Notes: generated by a model not told the origin, from the sequence alone. DNA of 62,643 nucleotides, filler included, from Stramenopiles sp. TOSAG23-2 (GCA_900128395.1; 39 parts of 39 records of this genome joined end to end with filler, not necessarily neighbours in it), one strand, 5' to 3'. Numbered from the whole stretch's first letter, positions 12,664 to 24,841 are shown. Translations and numbers: made by a program.

Positions 12664-13407
12664 GAATGACGTCACCACTTCTGAACAACTTCGTTACTTT
12701 TGGATCTTTTCCTCAAAATATGATAGGCATATTATATGATTTAGTATAAGGCTAAGTATGAATATCCACTCAACTATCAATATCATTCGATGTATCATAC
12801 ATATATATATATATCATAAAACATAGATATCAATAACAGTGAAATTACGTAAATTTTTAGAAGTTGCAAAGAAACGTGAAGTANNNNNNNNNNNNNNNNN
12901 NNNNNNNNNNNNNNNNNNNNNNNNNNNTTAATTAATTAANNNNNNNNNNNNNNNNNNNNNNNNNNNNNNNNNNNNNNNNNNNNGACTGAAATACAATATT
13001 ATATCTATATTTATGAAACGGGTTACCATCGTTGATTTTTTAATTTGTAATAATATCTATTTTATCATATATCGTTATTATTATTATTAAATGTGATTAT
13101 TATTTATAAATTCGAAATGCACAACAAATGATGTGCAAAAATCAGTTAGAAAAGAGATCCCTTGGTCGCATAAAAACCTTAAACGAGGACGATGCGTTTT
13201 ACAATTTATTATTATTTTTTTATATATTACAAAAAAAAACTGATGAAGTACACATTTTTTAAAGGCAACCCAAAGTGATGGAAACAGTAACACAAATGCA
13301 TAACACATATGTAAATATTACTGTATGTTCAGATATGCATATGTAAACGAAGGAAACGTATTTGATTACTACTGCTTGTAAAATTATTTCATATATCAAT
13401 TTAAAAA

Positions 13408-14008
13408 ATGAAATGTTTATTAGTTATATTGGCAATCGTATTAACATGGTTTAGTAACAACAAGCGCTCCACAATCTTCAGCACCATCTCCTTCTAGTGG
13501 CAATCCGCCGCCAAAAAAGAAGAAAGGAAGTGGTAAATGTTTGAAAGGTTCGTGGATTGATGAAACGGGTAAATGTAGAATATGTCCTGCTGGAAGATTC
13601 TGTAATGCAAACGACATGAAACAAAAACCAAAACCATGCCCAAAAGGAACGTATTCAGACAAATTAAATATCACATCTAAACAGGATTGTACCCAATGCC
13701 CCGCAAAAACATTTGGTGATGAAGAAGGGTTAGAGAAAAAAAACTTGTGTAAACCATGTGGATTTGGTTCAAACAGTAAACCTGGTGCAAAAATATGTAG
13801 TGTTGATGTTATTGTATTTATAATCATTATATTGTGTGTTGGCGTTCTAGCAGCATGCATTATCTACCCAATGATGCAAAAAGGTCTGTGCAATTGTTTG
13901 CCATGTTGTTTCAAAGATCCAAAATTTAGCGACAATGAATTAAAAGCAGCATCGGTTGTTCCTGTACCTGCACCGCCACCTAAGAAAAAAGATTTTAATT
14001 TGCCATAG
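13408..14008 (+). CDS. Type I membrane protein with Cys-rich TNFR/ephrin-receptor-like (GCC2_GCC3) repeats
   Basis: Signal peptide MKCLLVILAIVLTW at 13408, frame break near 13455, CPAG/CPKGTYS/CPAKTF repeats, TM VIVFIIIILCVGVLAACII. Confidence 0.7.
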
Positions 14009-14234
14009 TTAGAGAGAGGTATCACGGCAACCACGGTGCAGTAGATATGCATGTGTTGGTTTTAAATTAAATCAAAACATTGTGAAAAATAACCAAACGC
14101 TGTACCTGCACCGCCACCTAAGAAAAAAGATTTTAATTTGCCATAGTTAGAGAGAGGTATCACGGCAACCACGGTGCAGTAGATATGCATGTGTTGGTTT
14201 TAAATTAAATCAAAACATTGTGAAAAATAACCAA
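13962..14234. repeat. 135-bp tandem duplication of a gene 3' end
   Basis: 13962-14096 is identical to 14100-14234. Confidence 0.9.
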
Positions 14235-15245
14235 CGAAATGCATTTTGTATTTTATCATGATGTGTGGTTACATATTCGTATGGATAAAACGTAAACAAT
14301 AATATACGAGTATTAATCTTATACCTGATATTAGATTTACGTATTTAAAATATTATAATATAAATATTAATATCATATCATATGCCATATCATACACTGA
14401 GTAAGAGAAAATTATATAATGTGTATTATACATCATATGTGTTAATAATTTTACCTCTCATCATCAGTCGAATCCTCCTTCCCGAAAAATGTTATACTTC
14501 CANNNNNNNNNNNNNNNNNNNNNNNNNNNNNNNNNNNNNNNNNNNNTTAATTAATTAANNNNNNNNNNNNNNNNNNNNNNNNNNNNNNNNNNNNNNNNNN
14601 NNTAAAAAACGTTTAGAAAAATCAAATATTTTACAACAAGGAGCATCATCATCATCAAAGAAAAAATCGCGATGGTTTGATGAATAAAATTAGTTTTATA
14701 CGCGTTCGTATTTTTATATACATTGATATATTATTAAAATGTTTATTTTTGATTAAACTATGCGCGTAACTATTAAAATAAGAGGACAGAATTTAATTAT
14801 ATTGCACTTCTCGTACGAAGTATATTTTTGATTTAAATGTACATTAAGTTTTGTATCATATACTTCATACACTCGTATTATTTCGTACTTGGTATACATT
14901 TATCATATTATTAGATTGTACCCTGGTATGAATACAATTTATTCCCCACCCTCATCATATTTTTCATCAAATGATAGGTTGATAACATCTATTTACCTCA
15001 TCGGTAATTTCTGTTACGGAAATTATCGACACATCTTGTGAGATAGATATTAATATTGGCTCAGTCACTGTATTCTTTTGAGAGTAGGAATTGTCATGAG
15101 TAGGAATATAAAAAATTAAAATATGGCGTACATTTACTTTCATATCTATAATTCATGACATATCATAATATATTATAATACGCTTCGTATCATTTATGCA
15201 TACGAAGTACTATCATAATTTTCGTTTTTGTATAATTTTTTTTTA

Positions 15246-15476
15246 TTAAACTAATTTGCCAGCAAAGTCATTGTTGAGAGACATTTGCCCAGATCCCATA
15301 TTTTTTAATTTTGTAGCATAATATTATGCATGAAAATTTCCTTCCCGTTCTTTGTTATATGTTAAATAGGCTAATCTCCTTGGATGGTCTGTCATATTTG
15401 GTCCACTTTGATGTGGTAAATAACTATCAAATAATACAATATCACCAGGCTGAGTAAGTACATTAACAAAGTTCAT
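15246..15476 (-). pseudogene. Phytanoyl-CoA dioxygenase (PhyH/2OG-Fe) family C-terminal fragment with a premature stop
   Basis: QPGDIVLFDSYLPHQSGPNMTDHPRRLAYLTYN motif. In-frame TAA at 15326-15324. No upstream HxD region is visible. Confidence 0.7.
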
Positions 15477-16719
15477 CTCTGATGTAAGTGATTCACATGT
15501 AACCCATATTAAAAAAAACTTATTCTATATCGTACGTTGTTTTATAATTTATTTGTTTTGTATTTCTTTTATTTTTTACAGTGATGTGCATAGAGAGGAT
15601 CCTCTCTAGACGTGCACATGTATATGTTACTGTATGTGCCTATATTCAATATGAGACTGGTTGTTTGTTGAATTTATTATTATCATACTTTCTATAGTGC
15701 TATAGAATATATTCAGTACCAAAGTACAAAGTATAGTACTAAGCGATGGTTTTTTTTGATAATATTGGCCAAAATCCCTTAATCTCTTCGATTAATAGAA
15801 AATTAATAAGTGTTGTAATAAAAAATAGATGAATATTTATTCGAATATTTATTCTATATTTATTTATATATTGATTTTATAATTTAAAATTTTTATTAAT
15901 TATTTTCAAAAATATTAATAGTAGTTCAAAAGAAGTGCACAAGTGTGTGTAAAATAAAACTTAGAAATATAGAAAATCTTTTCTTGGATAAAACATAGAA
16001 GATTCATACAAAACATATATGATAAATCATTAAATTCGTATGATAAACCATTAAATTCGTATCAATTTTTTTTTTCAAATAGTAATGAAAAACATGGCTT
16101 GGAATATCGTATTGATTGTTNNNNNNNNNNNNNNNNNNNNNNNNNNNNNNNNNNNNNNNNNNNNTTAATTAATTAANNNNNNNNNNNNNNNNNNNNNNNN
16201 NNNNNNNNNNNNNNNNNNNNAACCTCATATGCTTTTGTCGCTTCTTCTATGGAATATCGTATTGATTGTATCGTTGATTTATATTTTAAATTGGTGATTG
16301 GAATAAATTCCTTATCTGTACCTACTAATGATTTTGTTTTGTATTTGGATAAAAACATTTATATATTTTATAAATTATAAAAAAGAGATGCGGTGTGTTG
16401 TTGATTTCAATATCTACTAAAAAAAATCTATAATAGAAGATATATCTGTTTTTCTTATCATGAATTCGATTGACTGATTCAACAATGTGTGTACAGTATT
16501 TTAATTGTACACATGTTGAATATGTATTTAAAATATATAAATGGTTCTTCATGACGAAACCGATGAGTCGAGAGAGTTGAGGTGTGATATTAAGGTGTTT
16601 TTCCTTTTTGTAATAATTTTAATTGCTCCTGTGCACTCCTTTGTGTTTTAAAGTTATATATTCAAATTTGTTGCATTTACAAAAGTATTAATTGATTTAT
16701 ATAAAATAAATAAACAATT

Positions 16720-17643
16720 TTATAACTGTACAGTACTAGAGAAAGATAATGTTTTCTCGATATCTTCTTCTGTTTTTGCAGGTACCCATGGATCAATATT
16801 CGTATTATGTAAATCTTTTTGTCCTGGTCTAGCTACTAAACGATCAATACGTTTAACACCAGCAATTTTTTTCCTTTTAGACATTAATTTGAATTCAATA
16901 GAATTTGATTTTGGTAATACTTCCGGTGAATTAAATGTTTTTTTTGGTGGTAATGATCTAGGGTCATTATATGTTACAAATGTTGGAGTGTCCGCATCGT
17001 TTGCAACACCATCATCGTTGTCCTTACTACTATTATGATGCCTTTCATTATTATGGGGCGTATTATTATCATTATGATTATTACTATTATTAGGTCTATT
17101 ATATCCACTATTTGCTTTTCTTATAGGCGATAACCTTGCTGGACGACTTCCTTGGTTTAAATATGTATCTGAAATGGTTGCCTCTGCACTTTCTAAACGT
17201 CGTAATCGAAGCGATAGTCTGTTTTTTTTATTAAAATCAATATCACGTCTTACTTCAAATCGTTTCACACTACTATATATATCGCATTTTTTTTTAAAGA
17301 GCATTGCTGATGGACGACTACCAACACCATGTTTGTTTCTATATAATGCTTTGTTTGTATCGTCCGTTTTATTTTTATCTTTTTTTTTATCAGTATCATA
17401 TAAATCACCACCTTCTTCTAATTCTCGTTTTAAATCTGCTTTTTTTTTCCGTTCTGCAGCGGCTCTTTTTTTCTTTTCTACCCATCGCCTTTTACGTTCT
17501 TCATGTTCTTTTTTATTTTTTAATTTTTTCTCATCTTTTGCATTTAAGTGTAGAGTAGTATTTGAATTTTTACCACCTTCTTTATCAAACAATAAGTACG
17601 TTTCTGTACTTATTCTAACAGCACCTTTCGTTTGTCTATTCAT
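16720..17643 (-). CDS. Hypothetical basic, low-complexity protein
   Basis: 307-codon ORF in AT-rich DNA with no recognised motif. Confidence 0.6.
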   Translation of the reverse strand: MNRQTKGAVRISTETYLLFDKEGGKNSNTTLHLNAKDEKKLKNKKEHEERKRRWVEKKKRAAAERKKKADLKRELEEGGDLYDTDKKKDKNKTDDTNKALYRNKHGVGSRPSAMLFKKKCDIYSSVKRFEVRRDIDFNKKNRLSLRLRRLESAEATISDTYLNQGSRPARLSPIRKANSGYNRPNNSNNHNDNNTPHNNERHHNSSKDNDDGVANDADTPTFVTYNDPRSLPPKKTFNSPEVLPKSNSIEFKLMSKRKKIAGVKRIDRLVARPGQKDLHNTNIDPWVPAKTEEDIEKTLSFSSTVQL

Positions 17644-18115
17644 TGCTATTTGATGCTGATGGGAAAAAACAAAATAGATTAAGACAATATGTTCTAGAAT
17701 GTAAAAAGATATTTATTAAACAATATTGGAAAAAGAAANNNNNNNNNNNNNNNNNNNNNNNNNNNNNNNNNNNNNNNNNNNNTTAATTAATTAANNNNNN
17801 NNNNNNNNNNNNNNNNNNNNNNNNNNNNNNNNNNNNNNAATGGCAAGAAATGCGGGCATAAATCTACCTCATGCCAATGCATGTGGTCATTGCATGCCAT
17901 AAATATTGTTTTGTCTCATCTTAGACAATTTTTTTTTTAAATCTTGCGGGATTTTTGGTACTACACCCAAACTGCCGTATTACGTTAATATACCGCCGTA
18001 CAAATAAAAATATTAAAAAAATACTCTATCATATGTATAAAAATATTTTTATTTTTATATATTATATCAATTTTTAAAATCAAACATATTAGTACAGACA
18101 CACACACGACAATAT

Positions 18116-18952
18116 CTACTTCCAACCTCTTGGATTATTTCTAAATTTTTTCTGCCATTTCATTGCATCCTCTGTCATACTCTTTGCAATATCAGGGTGT
18201 TTTTCAGTCACATCATATGCTTCATATGGATCCAACTCTAAATCATTTAACCACATATGTTTTCGATTATCATGTTCTTTTGAACCTAGACTTCGATTAT
18301 ATGCTAATTCAACATCTCGTAATATTGAATGTTGAAAATGTAATTTGTATTTTCCCTTTCGCATAGTAGCAAGACTTAGGGCAGAATGCCAATATAAAGA
18401 ACGAGCTGTCTCTTGCTTTCTCAATAAACTAACTCCATCTATAATACGATCTGTTGGTTTTGGTATATTAGCTACATCTAATACCGTTGCAAACATATCT
18501 TGATGCGTTACAATAAAATCTTTGTTTTCGTAATATTTGTTTTCATTGCTGCTAGTACCACTAGTAGTTTTATTATTATTATTATTATTATCATCATAGC
18601 CCGCATCATTTTTTAAGTCTTTGTCAGGCCATTTGACAAGACATGGTACACTCGTACCACCCTCAAAATAATGTGCTTTTCGCTCTCTGTAACCACCATT
18701 CCAACCTTCAAACCATGGACCATTATCAGATGTAAACCATATCATTGTTTCATCTTCAATGTTATATTTTTTCAACGTAGACATAATATTTCCTATGACC
18801 TCGTCAATTTCTTCCATGACATCACCAAATAAACCAGCGTTTGAACGACCAACCTTTGAATCTCGTACATATAATGGATCATGAGGCATATTCGTTGCAA
18901 GCATTAAAAAGAAATTTTTCTTTTCTTTACCATTTTCTTCAATAAATTTTAC
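18116..18952 (-). CDS. Arylsulfatase-family protein, C-terminal half
   Basis: FFL..MPHDPL, GDVMEEID..IG, FTSDNGP, EGGTSVP..WP, IDGVSL, YKLHF, DLELDPYE. The CxPxR motif is absent. Confidence 0.85.
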   Translation of the reverse strand, partial: VKFIEENGKEKKNFFLMLATNMPHDPLYVRDSKVGRSNAGLFGDVMEEIDEVIGNIMSTLKKYNIEDETMIWFTSDNGPWFEGWNGGYRERKAHYFEGGTSVPCLVKWPDKDLKNDAGYDDNNNNNNKTTSGTSSNENKYYENKDFIVTHQDMFATVLDVANIPKPTDRIIDGVSLLRKQETARSLYWHSALSLATMRKGKYKLHFQHSILRDVELAYNRSLGSKEHDNRKHMWLNDLELDPYEAYDVTEKHPDIAKSMTEDAMKWQKKFRNNPRGWK

Positions 18953-19354
18953 AAATCGTTCTGCATATGCTTGCGGTGGTTGAGAACTAATTTGTTTTCC
19001 ACCTTGCTTCGTAAAATGAGATTTAAAAAAGTTTTCACCTGCTTTTTTTAAATTATATTGCTGCAATATATCTATTATACCAAAATAATAAATTTCATTA
19101 TTATTTTCTCCATTTGGTTTTTTACCGCAATAACCACCATGTTCACGATTAAATATAGGTAAGCTTTTTTCATGCGACGACAATTGGTCTAATGAACTGT
19201 CTTCACCATCTTCCGCATAATCACTTTCATATGTTTCATCATCAGTATGTGTTGCACTAGGTGATGGAGAAATTTTTGCATCAGTTACACTTGGACTTTT
19301 TTTCGTATTGTAAACAAACCGCTGCGCATCTTTTAATTCGCGGTCTCGCTCTAC
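18932..19354 (-). CDS. Phosphatidylinositol-4-phosphate 5-kinase (PIP5K) C-terminal fragment, joined in frame to the sulfatase
   Basis: YYFGIIDILQQYNLKK..E and ISSQPPQAYAERFVKFI are canonical PIP5K C-terminal motifs. Confidence 0.85.
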
Positions 19355-19992
19355 NNNNNNNNNNNNNNNNNNNNNNNNNNNNNNNNNNNNNNNNNNNNTT
19401 AATTAATTAANNNNNNNNNNNNNNNNNNNNNNNNNNNNNNNNNNNNNNNNNNNNAAAAATGAACATAACACTAATAATGACATTAACAAAATAGTGTATA
19501 TAAATCCTTATTTATCGGTCATGAATCATAATGTGTAATATATAATCAATCAGGTATGCATATATATAAATTTTATTATTAATAAATATAAAATGATTTT
19601 TAATTGGAAATCAAATGTGTGAAAATAAAATAAAATAAAACTCAGGAATGGCAGTGATGATGAGAGGGGCTCATATATACATATAATATTGTTGCATTGT
19701 TGCGCGCTTTCATGAATTTATTTCCTTTTGTAAAACACGCATAGAGCGCACATTATAAAATATATTATTTATAAAGTATATCATATGATATGTCATATTT
19801 ATATTTTTCAATATTTTAAAAAAATCTTCTTCATTGATATATTTAAAAATATATTTTATTATCTCCCTGAGATGTACACACACTCTCCTGTCTTGCAAGT
19901 CTCTCTCCACATGTTCTGCTCGGACCCTCTCTCATCAATACGTGATATATATATCATATATATGATATGTGTATATATTTATACATTTTTAA

Positions 19993-20968
19993 TTAATTAC
20001 TACTACTACTACTGTTTGATTCACTGGAATAATTTCTAGTGAAATTTTTTAAATTTGTTGACGGTATTGTTGTCCCACTTTTAAAATTATTATTGTTATT
20101 TGTAATATTTGCACCAAATAAACGATCATGATATGCACTGACACTATTTTCCAATTTTTTGTAAGTAGTCGTTACCCTTTCTTTTTCATTTTCAAATTCT
20201 ATTTTCAAGGTTTCCATATCATTTCGTACCATATCGATTTCATTTGTCAAACGATCTTTCTCTTTATTCGACGTAGTACGATTTTGTAATAGTTCTTCAT
20301 ATTCATTTTGTGCATCTGTTAAACATTGTTTCGCAGCAGCTTCTTTTGTACGTCGATCTTTTTGCATTTTAACTACCTTATCTTTCAACGCCGTGACTTG
20401 CCTATCGTATCGTTTGACCATCGCTTCCAATTCTCTACCTTCCGATCCATTCTTTTCTATCTCTTTTTCTGCATTTTGCCTGTCATGACGTGCAGCTTTG
20501 AAATCATTAATAGATACTTCCACTTGTTCCATGATCGTTAAAATTCGTTCCATTTCTTTTTTCAATTTATTTGCTTGCAATAATTGACCTTCCGTTTCAT
20601 TCAATGCATTGCTTTGTTTCATGGATTCTTTTTGTAAACGTTCCACTTTGAATTCCATTGCTTTCAATTGACTTTTTATTTTTTCCGGCGAATTGATAAT
20701 TTGTGAACGTATCTGATCGCATTCTTCCCTTGCCCCTAAAATTTTAAATTTCGTAGCTTGTATATGACCTTGAACCGTTTTACTTTGCTCTTTGACTTTA
20801 CCACTTTCATATTTCATTTTACTTTGCTTTTGATTTAATTCTTTAATTTCATTTGACAATCCCTCGTTTTCCGCTTCAATATCAACTGCTTCCGCGATGT
20901 CCTTCAATTGTTGGGATTTTAATCGTTGTATTTTCTCTTTCAATTGCTGTTGCTCCGTGATCAAGCGT
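19993..20968 (-). CDS. NUF2: Kinetochore protein Nuf2, C-terminal coiled coil (5' truncated)
   Basis: Long coiled coil containing QIINSPEKIK, matching the Nuf2 IVxSPERIK kink motif. Confidence 0.65.
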
Positions 20969-21068
20969 NNNNNNNNNNNNNNNNNNNNNNNNNNNNNNNN
21001 NNNNNNNNNNNNTTAATTAATTAANNNNNNNNNNNNNNNNNNNNNNNNNNNNNNNNNNNNNNNNNNNN

Positions 21069-22418
21069 ATTTATAATAAGCAATTATTTTATGTATCATT
21101 GTACAATTATTATACAAATCGTAAAGGAATAGTCTGGAAAAAGCCAGGAACGGGAAAACAATGGTATGTAGGGAAGAGGACATTAATGTATGAATTTTTG
21201 ATTAATGATATGATTGAAAATAATATTACACCAGACAGAACAACATTTGATCATCTATTAGATATTGTAAATGATATCGATGCGGCAATGAAATGTTGGG
21301 ACTTAATGGTACGTAAATATCATATTAAACCGGAGTACAGAGATTATGTGAATATGTTGCGAATTGCTGGAAATTCCAGAAATGTTAATGTTTCTATGAA
21401 AACATACGAAGAATTGTTATCGTTGGAAAAGCAAGGCGAGGTTGTGATTGGAAGGGATGCGTATTATCATCTTCTAAGACTGGCGTTGGATACAAGGAAC
21501 TTCACGCGTGTAAATTTATTTCTTGATAAGATGAAAGAAACAGGCCTTGGAATTGATTTAGATATTTGTCATTTGGTATTGCCGTCCTTGTGTCGCATTA
21601 AAAATAATTTTTATCAAGTAGAAGACATTTGGAACAACTTTTTACATGCTGAAAAAGACCAATTTAACAGTAGTAGTAGTGCTTTAAGTAGTAAGGTTGA
21701 TCCAAGAGATAAATACATAGAACATTACAGGAATGAACATGATGTAAAACAACAAACGAGAAATTTACGTATTATTTATAATAATATTCTTCTATCACTT
21801 CTTTGTAATGATGATGCAGATAAGGCGAAAAATTTACTGAAAGTAGAACATTACATGAATGAAATGAAATATGTCAGAAAATTAGAAATGGACAGTATAA
21901 CATATGATAGAATTATAAATATTTATTTGAAATATAATATGGTTAACGAAGCGGTTGAAATGTATACGGAAGCTGTTGCAAATAAGATCGAAATGGAATA
22001 TTTATATAACGAGTTATATCCAGATGATGATGGTAAGAACAATAGGCGTAACAAAAAGAACGTTATGAACAAAAATAAAAGATCTATTTTAAAATTTAGA
22101 AAAGAAATTTCTCCACCTTCTTTGCAAACAAAAAATAATGATGCAGTAAAAAATTCATTAAAAAAATGCAAGAATATAAAAGATTTTAAGAAACAAAAGA
22201 TTGCTTTAGTCAATTTATTTGATTTATGTTTAAAGCACAAACCGAAAATAGATGATGAGGGCTTAATTCATGATTTGATCCTTGCCTGTATTAAAATAGG
22301 TGATCGTACAATTGTCATGAATGTATTACATAAATGGCTGCACTTTATGGACATTAAACCACCATATAAGGATAGAGCTTTATATAAAAGGCACCAAAAG
22401 ATGCTGAAAGATTTGTAA
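21069..22418 (+). CDS. Pentatricopeptide-repeat-like protein (5' truncated)
   Basis: MIENNITPDRTTFDHLL, IKPEYRDYVNML and MDSITYDRIINIY..AVEMY resemble PPR motifs. Confidence 0.7.
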   Translation: MYNKQLFYVSLYNYYTNRKGIVWKKPGTGKQWYVGKRTLMYEFLINDMIENNITPDRTTFDHLLDIVNDIDAAMKCWDLMVRKYHIKPEYRDYVNMLRIAGNSRNVNVSMKTYEELLSLEKQGEVVIGRDAYYHLLRLALDTRNFTRVNLFLDKMKETGLGIDLDICHLVLPSLCRIKNNFYQVEDIWNNFLHAEKDQFNSSSSALSSKVDPRDKYIEHYRNEHDVKQQTRNLRIIYNNILLSLLCNDDADKAKNLLKVEHYMNEMKYVRKLEMDSITYDRIINIYLKYNMVNEAVEMYTEAVANKIEMEYLYNELYPDDDGKNNRRNKKNVMNKNKRSILKFRKEISPPSLQTKNNDAVKNSLKKCKNIKDFKKQKIALVNLFDLCLKHKPKIDDEGLIHDLILACIKIGDRTIVMNVLHKWLHFMDIKPPYKDRALYKRHQKMLKDL

Positions 22419-22681
22419 ATTGCTATAATCGGTGGTGAAACAGAGAGCAGAAGAAAAAAATATTGTGTGTAATATACATTACTCTCTTCGTGTTATTTAT
22501 TAATATAACGTAAACTAAATTTAATAAGTATTCAACATTTATGATAGTAGTCCTTACGAATAAATGATGTTTAAAATCTAANNNNNNNNNNNNNNNNNNN
22601 NNNNNNNNNNNNNNNNNNNNNNNNNTTAATTAATTAANNNNNNNNNNNNNNNNNNNNNNNNNNNNNNNNNNNNNNNNNNNN

Positions 22682-23808
22682 TAGTATGTGCATGTGAAAA
22701 AGGACGTTTTGAAGATGTGAAATTATTGATTACAGGGTATAATGGTGTGAATGGTAGTAATGGTAATAATAATAATATGGCATTGAAAGAATACGTGAAT
22801 CAAGAAGGTGAAGATAGTTATGGTCAGAGACGTACACCTTTAAGTATAGCTGCAGAGAACGAACATTTCCAAATAGTTAAATATTTAATTGAACAATGTG
22901 AAGCTGATCCTAATATTGCACGTAGTGATGGAGTAAATGCATTACAGTGGGCAGCATATAATAACAAAAAGAGTACTGAGTTGATTGAGTTGTTATTAAC
23001 TCATATGTCTCTTACTAGCATTAATAAGAAGGACGCCAGGGGAGACACTCCCCTGGACACTGCATATGGTAGTAAGAAAAGACCAATTAAACAAAATATC
23101 ATTGATCTTATACGTTCAAAAGGTGGAAAAGCAAATTATTATGATGAAAATGGTAGAAGAGTAGGAAAAGGTAAAGGTGATTTAAACAATCAAGATAACA
23201 ATGGTGTTTCACAAGTTATAAACAATAGCAACAACAACAATAAAAGTTTGACCACAACAACAACAACGACAACCTCTACAAAAGTAAGCAACAAAAATAA
23301 TTTAAAGCTTGAAGAAATTCCAGAAGCAGAAGCAAATTTAAAAACTACTCGTACAATTAAGACATTGCAAAAACAATTAGAAAACAACCAAGCGTTAATT
23401 GATTATCAAAAAGATGAAATAAACAAATTAAAAAAGGCAAATGAAGTTGAAGTAATAGATGTTGATGATAATAATAACATAACACATATTACACCCCAAA
23501 CAGCAAATTCTAAAAAACGAAAGCGAAGTGAAGATGGTGTAGGTACCGGTACTATGAATGTCCCAGTTGAAGAACTAGAAAAAAACAGAAAACGCTTTAA
23601 AGAGGTAAAAAAAGAGATTACAGCAACACAAAATCGACTTGATGATGTGCAAGATGATTTGGAAGATGCACAAGATAATTCTGGATATCAAGCACGATAT
23701 ACAGACTTTTTACAAACGAAATTTGATGAACTTGTTCAACTTGCTGTTCAAAATAATGTTCCCCAGAATGCAGTATATGAAATACGCGATCGACAATATG
23801 GTATCTAG
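22682..23808 (+). CDS. Ankyrin-repeat protein with C-terminal coiled coil, same family as 5584-6401 (5' truncated)
   Basis: Near-identical block GSNGNNNN M.LKEYVNQEG..TPL.IAA..EADPNIA..IIDLIRSKG shared with 5584-6401. Confidence 0.88.
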
Positions 23809-23939
23809 AGAGTGTAACAAGACAACAACTTAATGATACAACACTTTAAACTTTTAATTTTAAAATATATAATCTTGTGTGCATCTAATTAAATTATACG
23901 AACCGTACACAAAATATATTTTTTTATTTTTACCACACT

Positions 23940-24191
23940 CTACCCAAACTCCTCCGTCCATTTATCAAACCGTTTCAACAACACTTCTTCATCGACACCA
24001 CCATCCAAATCATCTTTCTTCATTTTATTATTATGCATACTACGACCTTCTAATATTTTTTTCAAATGATAAAATGATAGATCTCCAATTTGTAATTTAT
24101 TAGAAGGAAATCCTGGATCTGTTACTTGAATACGTATTGAACCACATTTATCACATTTAAGTGGATGTTGTTGATTTATAAAATCAAAGGA
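23940..24191 (-). CDS. C-terminus of a Vps4/katanin-type AAA ATPase
   Basis: 84 open codons ending LLKRFDKWTEEFG-stop, the Vps4_C-like terminal helix. Confidence 0.55.
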   Translation of the reverse strand, partial: SFDFINQQHPLKCDKCGSIRIQVTDPGFPSNKLQIGDLSFYHLKKILEGRSMHNNKMKKDDLDGGVDEEVLLKRFDKWTEEFG

Positions 24192-24303
24192 TANNNNNNN
24201 NNNNNNNNNNNNNNNNNNNNNNNNNNNNNNNNNNNNNTTAATTAATTAANNNNNNNNNNNNNNNNNNNNNNNNNNNNNNNNNNNNNNNNNNNNGGAGCTC
24301 AAC

Positions 24304-24697
24304 ACCAAAATTAAAAAAAAAAATTGCGCCTTTTAATTTTTATGGCCTCTTATCCGTACACTGTTAATTATTTTTATACAAAAAAGTTGTTGCTTCATGG
24401 TGTTAAACTAATGATCGACTGCCTGGCTGGATTTAACACAAATTTTGGCGCCTGAGTCCACCTGCTCTCACGCCTTCACTTCAGCTACTATCGCCGAGCG
24501 AGTTACTCTTGACCCCAGAGATTTTCCTTGCCAGTATAATACCCGTGCATCGCGCGCAAGAATTAAAACAGGTAATATCATGAGTGAATTTATAGTAGGT
24601 ACACAACAAAGGTGTAAACTCTCACAGTGCTATTTCCATACTATGCCATGGATCAACCAAAATTAAAAAAAAAAATTGCGCCTTTTAATTTTTATGG
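24304..24697. repeat. Exact 42-bp direct repeats 352 bp apart flanking a GC-richer non-coding core
   Basis: accaaaatt(a)11ttgcgccttttaatttttatgg at 24304-24345 and 24656-24697. Confidence 0.85.
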
Positions 24698-24841
24698 ATA
24701 TTAATATTGATAAAAATATATGTAAAATATTGATATTTCAGGAATAGGAATCAGGAATAACGATAGAGATGGATTTTCATTTTGTATAATAAAATTTATA
24801 TATAAAGAGTATATCATGATCTTTCTTGCATATACATTTCT

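Noticed and set aside
13962-14234. Functional duplication of a 3' end
   Set aside because: The identical tandem copy is most likely an unmerged overlap, like the false gap at 8811-8859.
15324-15326. Genome-wide stop-codon reassignment suggested by the in-frame TAA (PhyH) and TGA (Dam)
   Set aside because: TAA, TAG and TGA all terminate genes at expected ends (bystin ends in TGA), and long conserved ORFs have no internal stops.
17174-17653. Hydrophobic antisense ORFs here and opposite other genes (e.g. 6908, 21923, 42259, 47551)
   Set aside because: Shadow ORFs on the opposite strand of better-supported genes.
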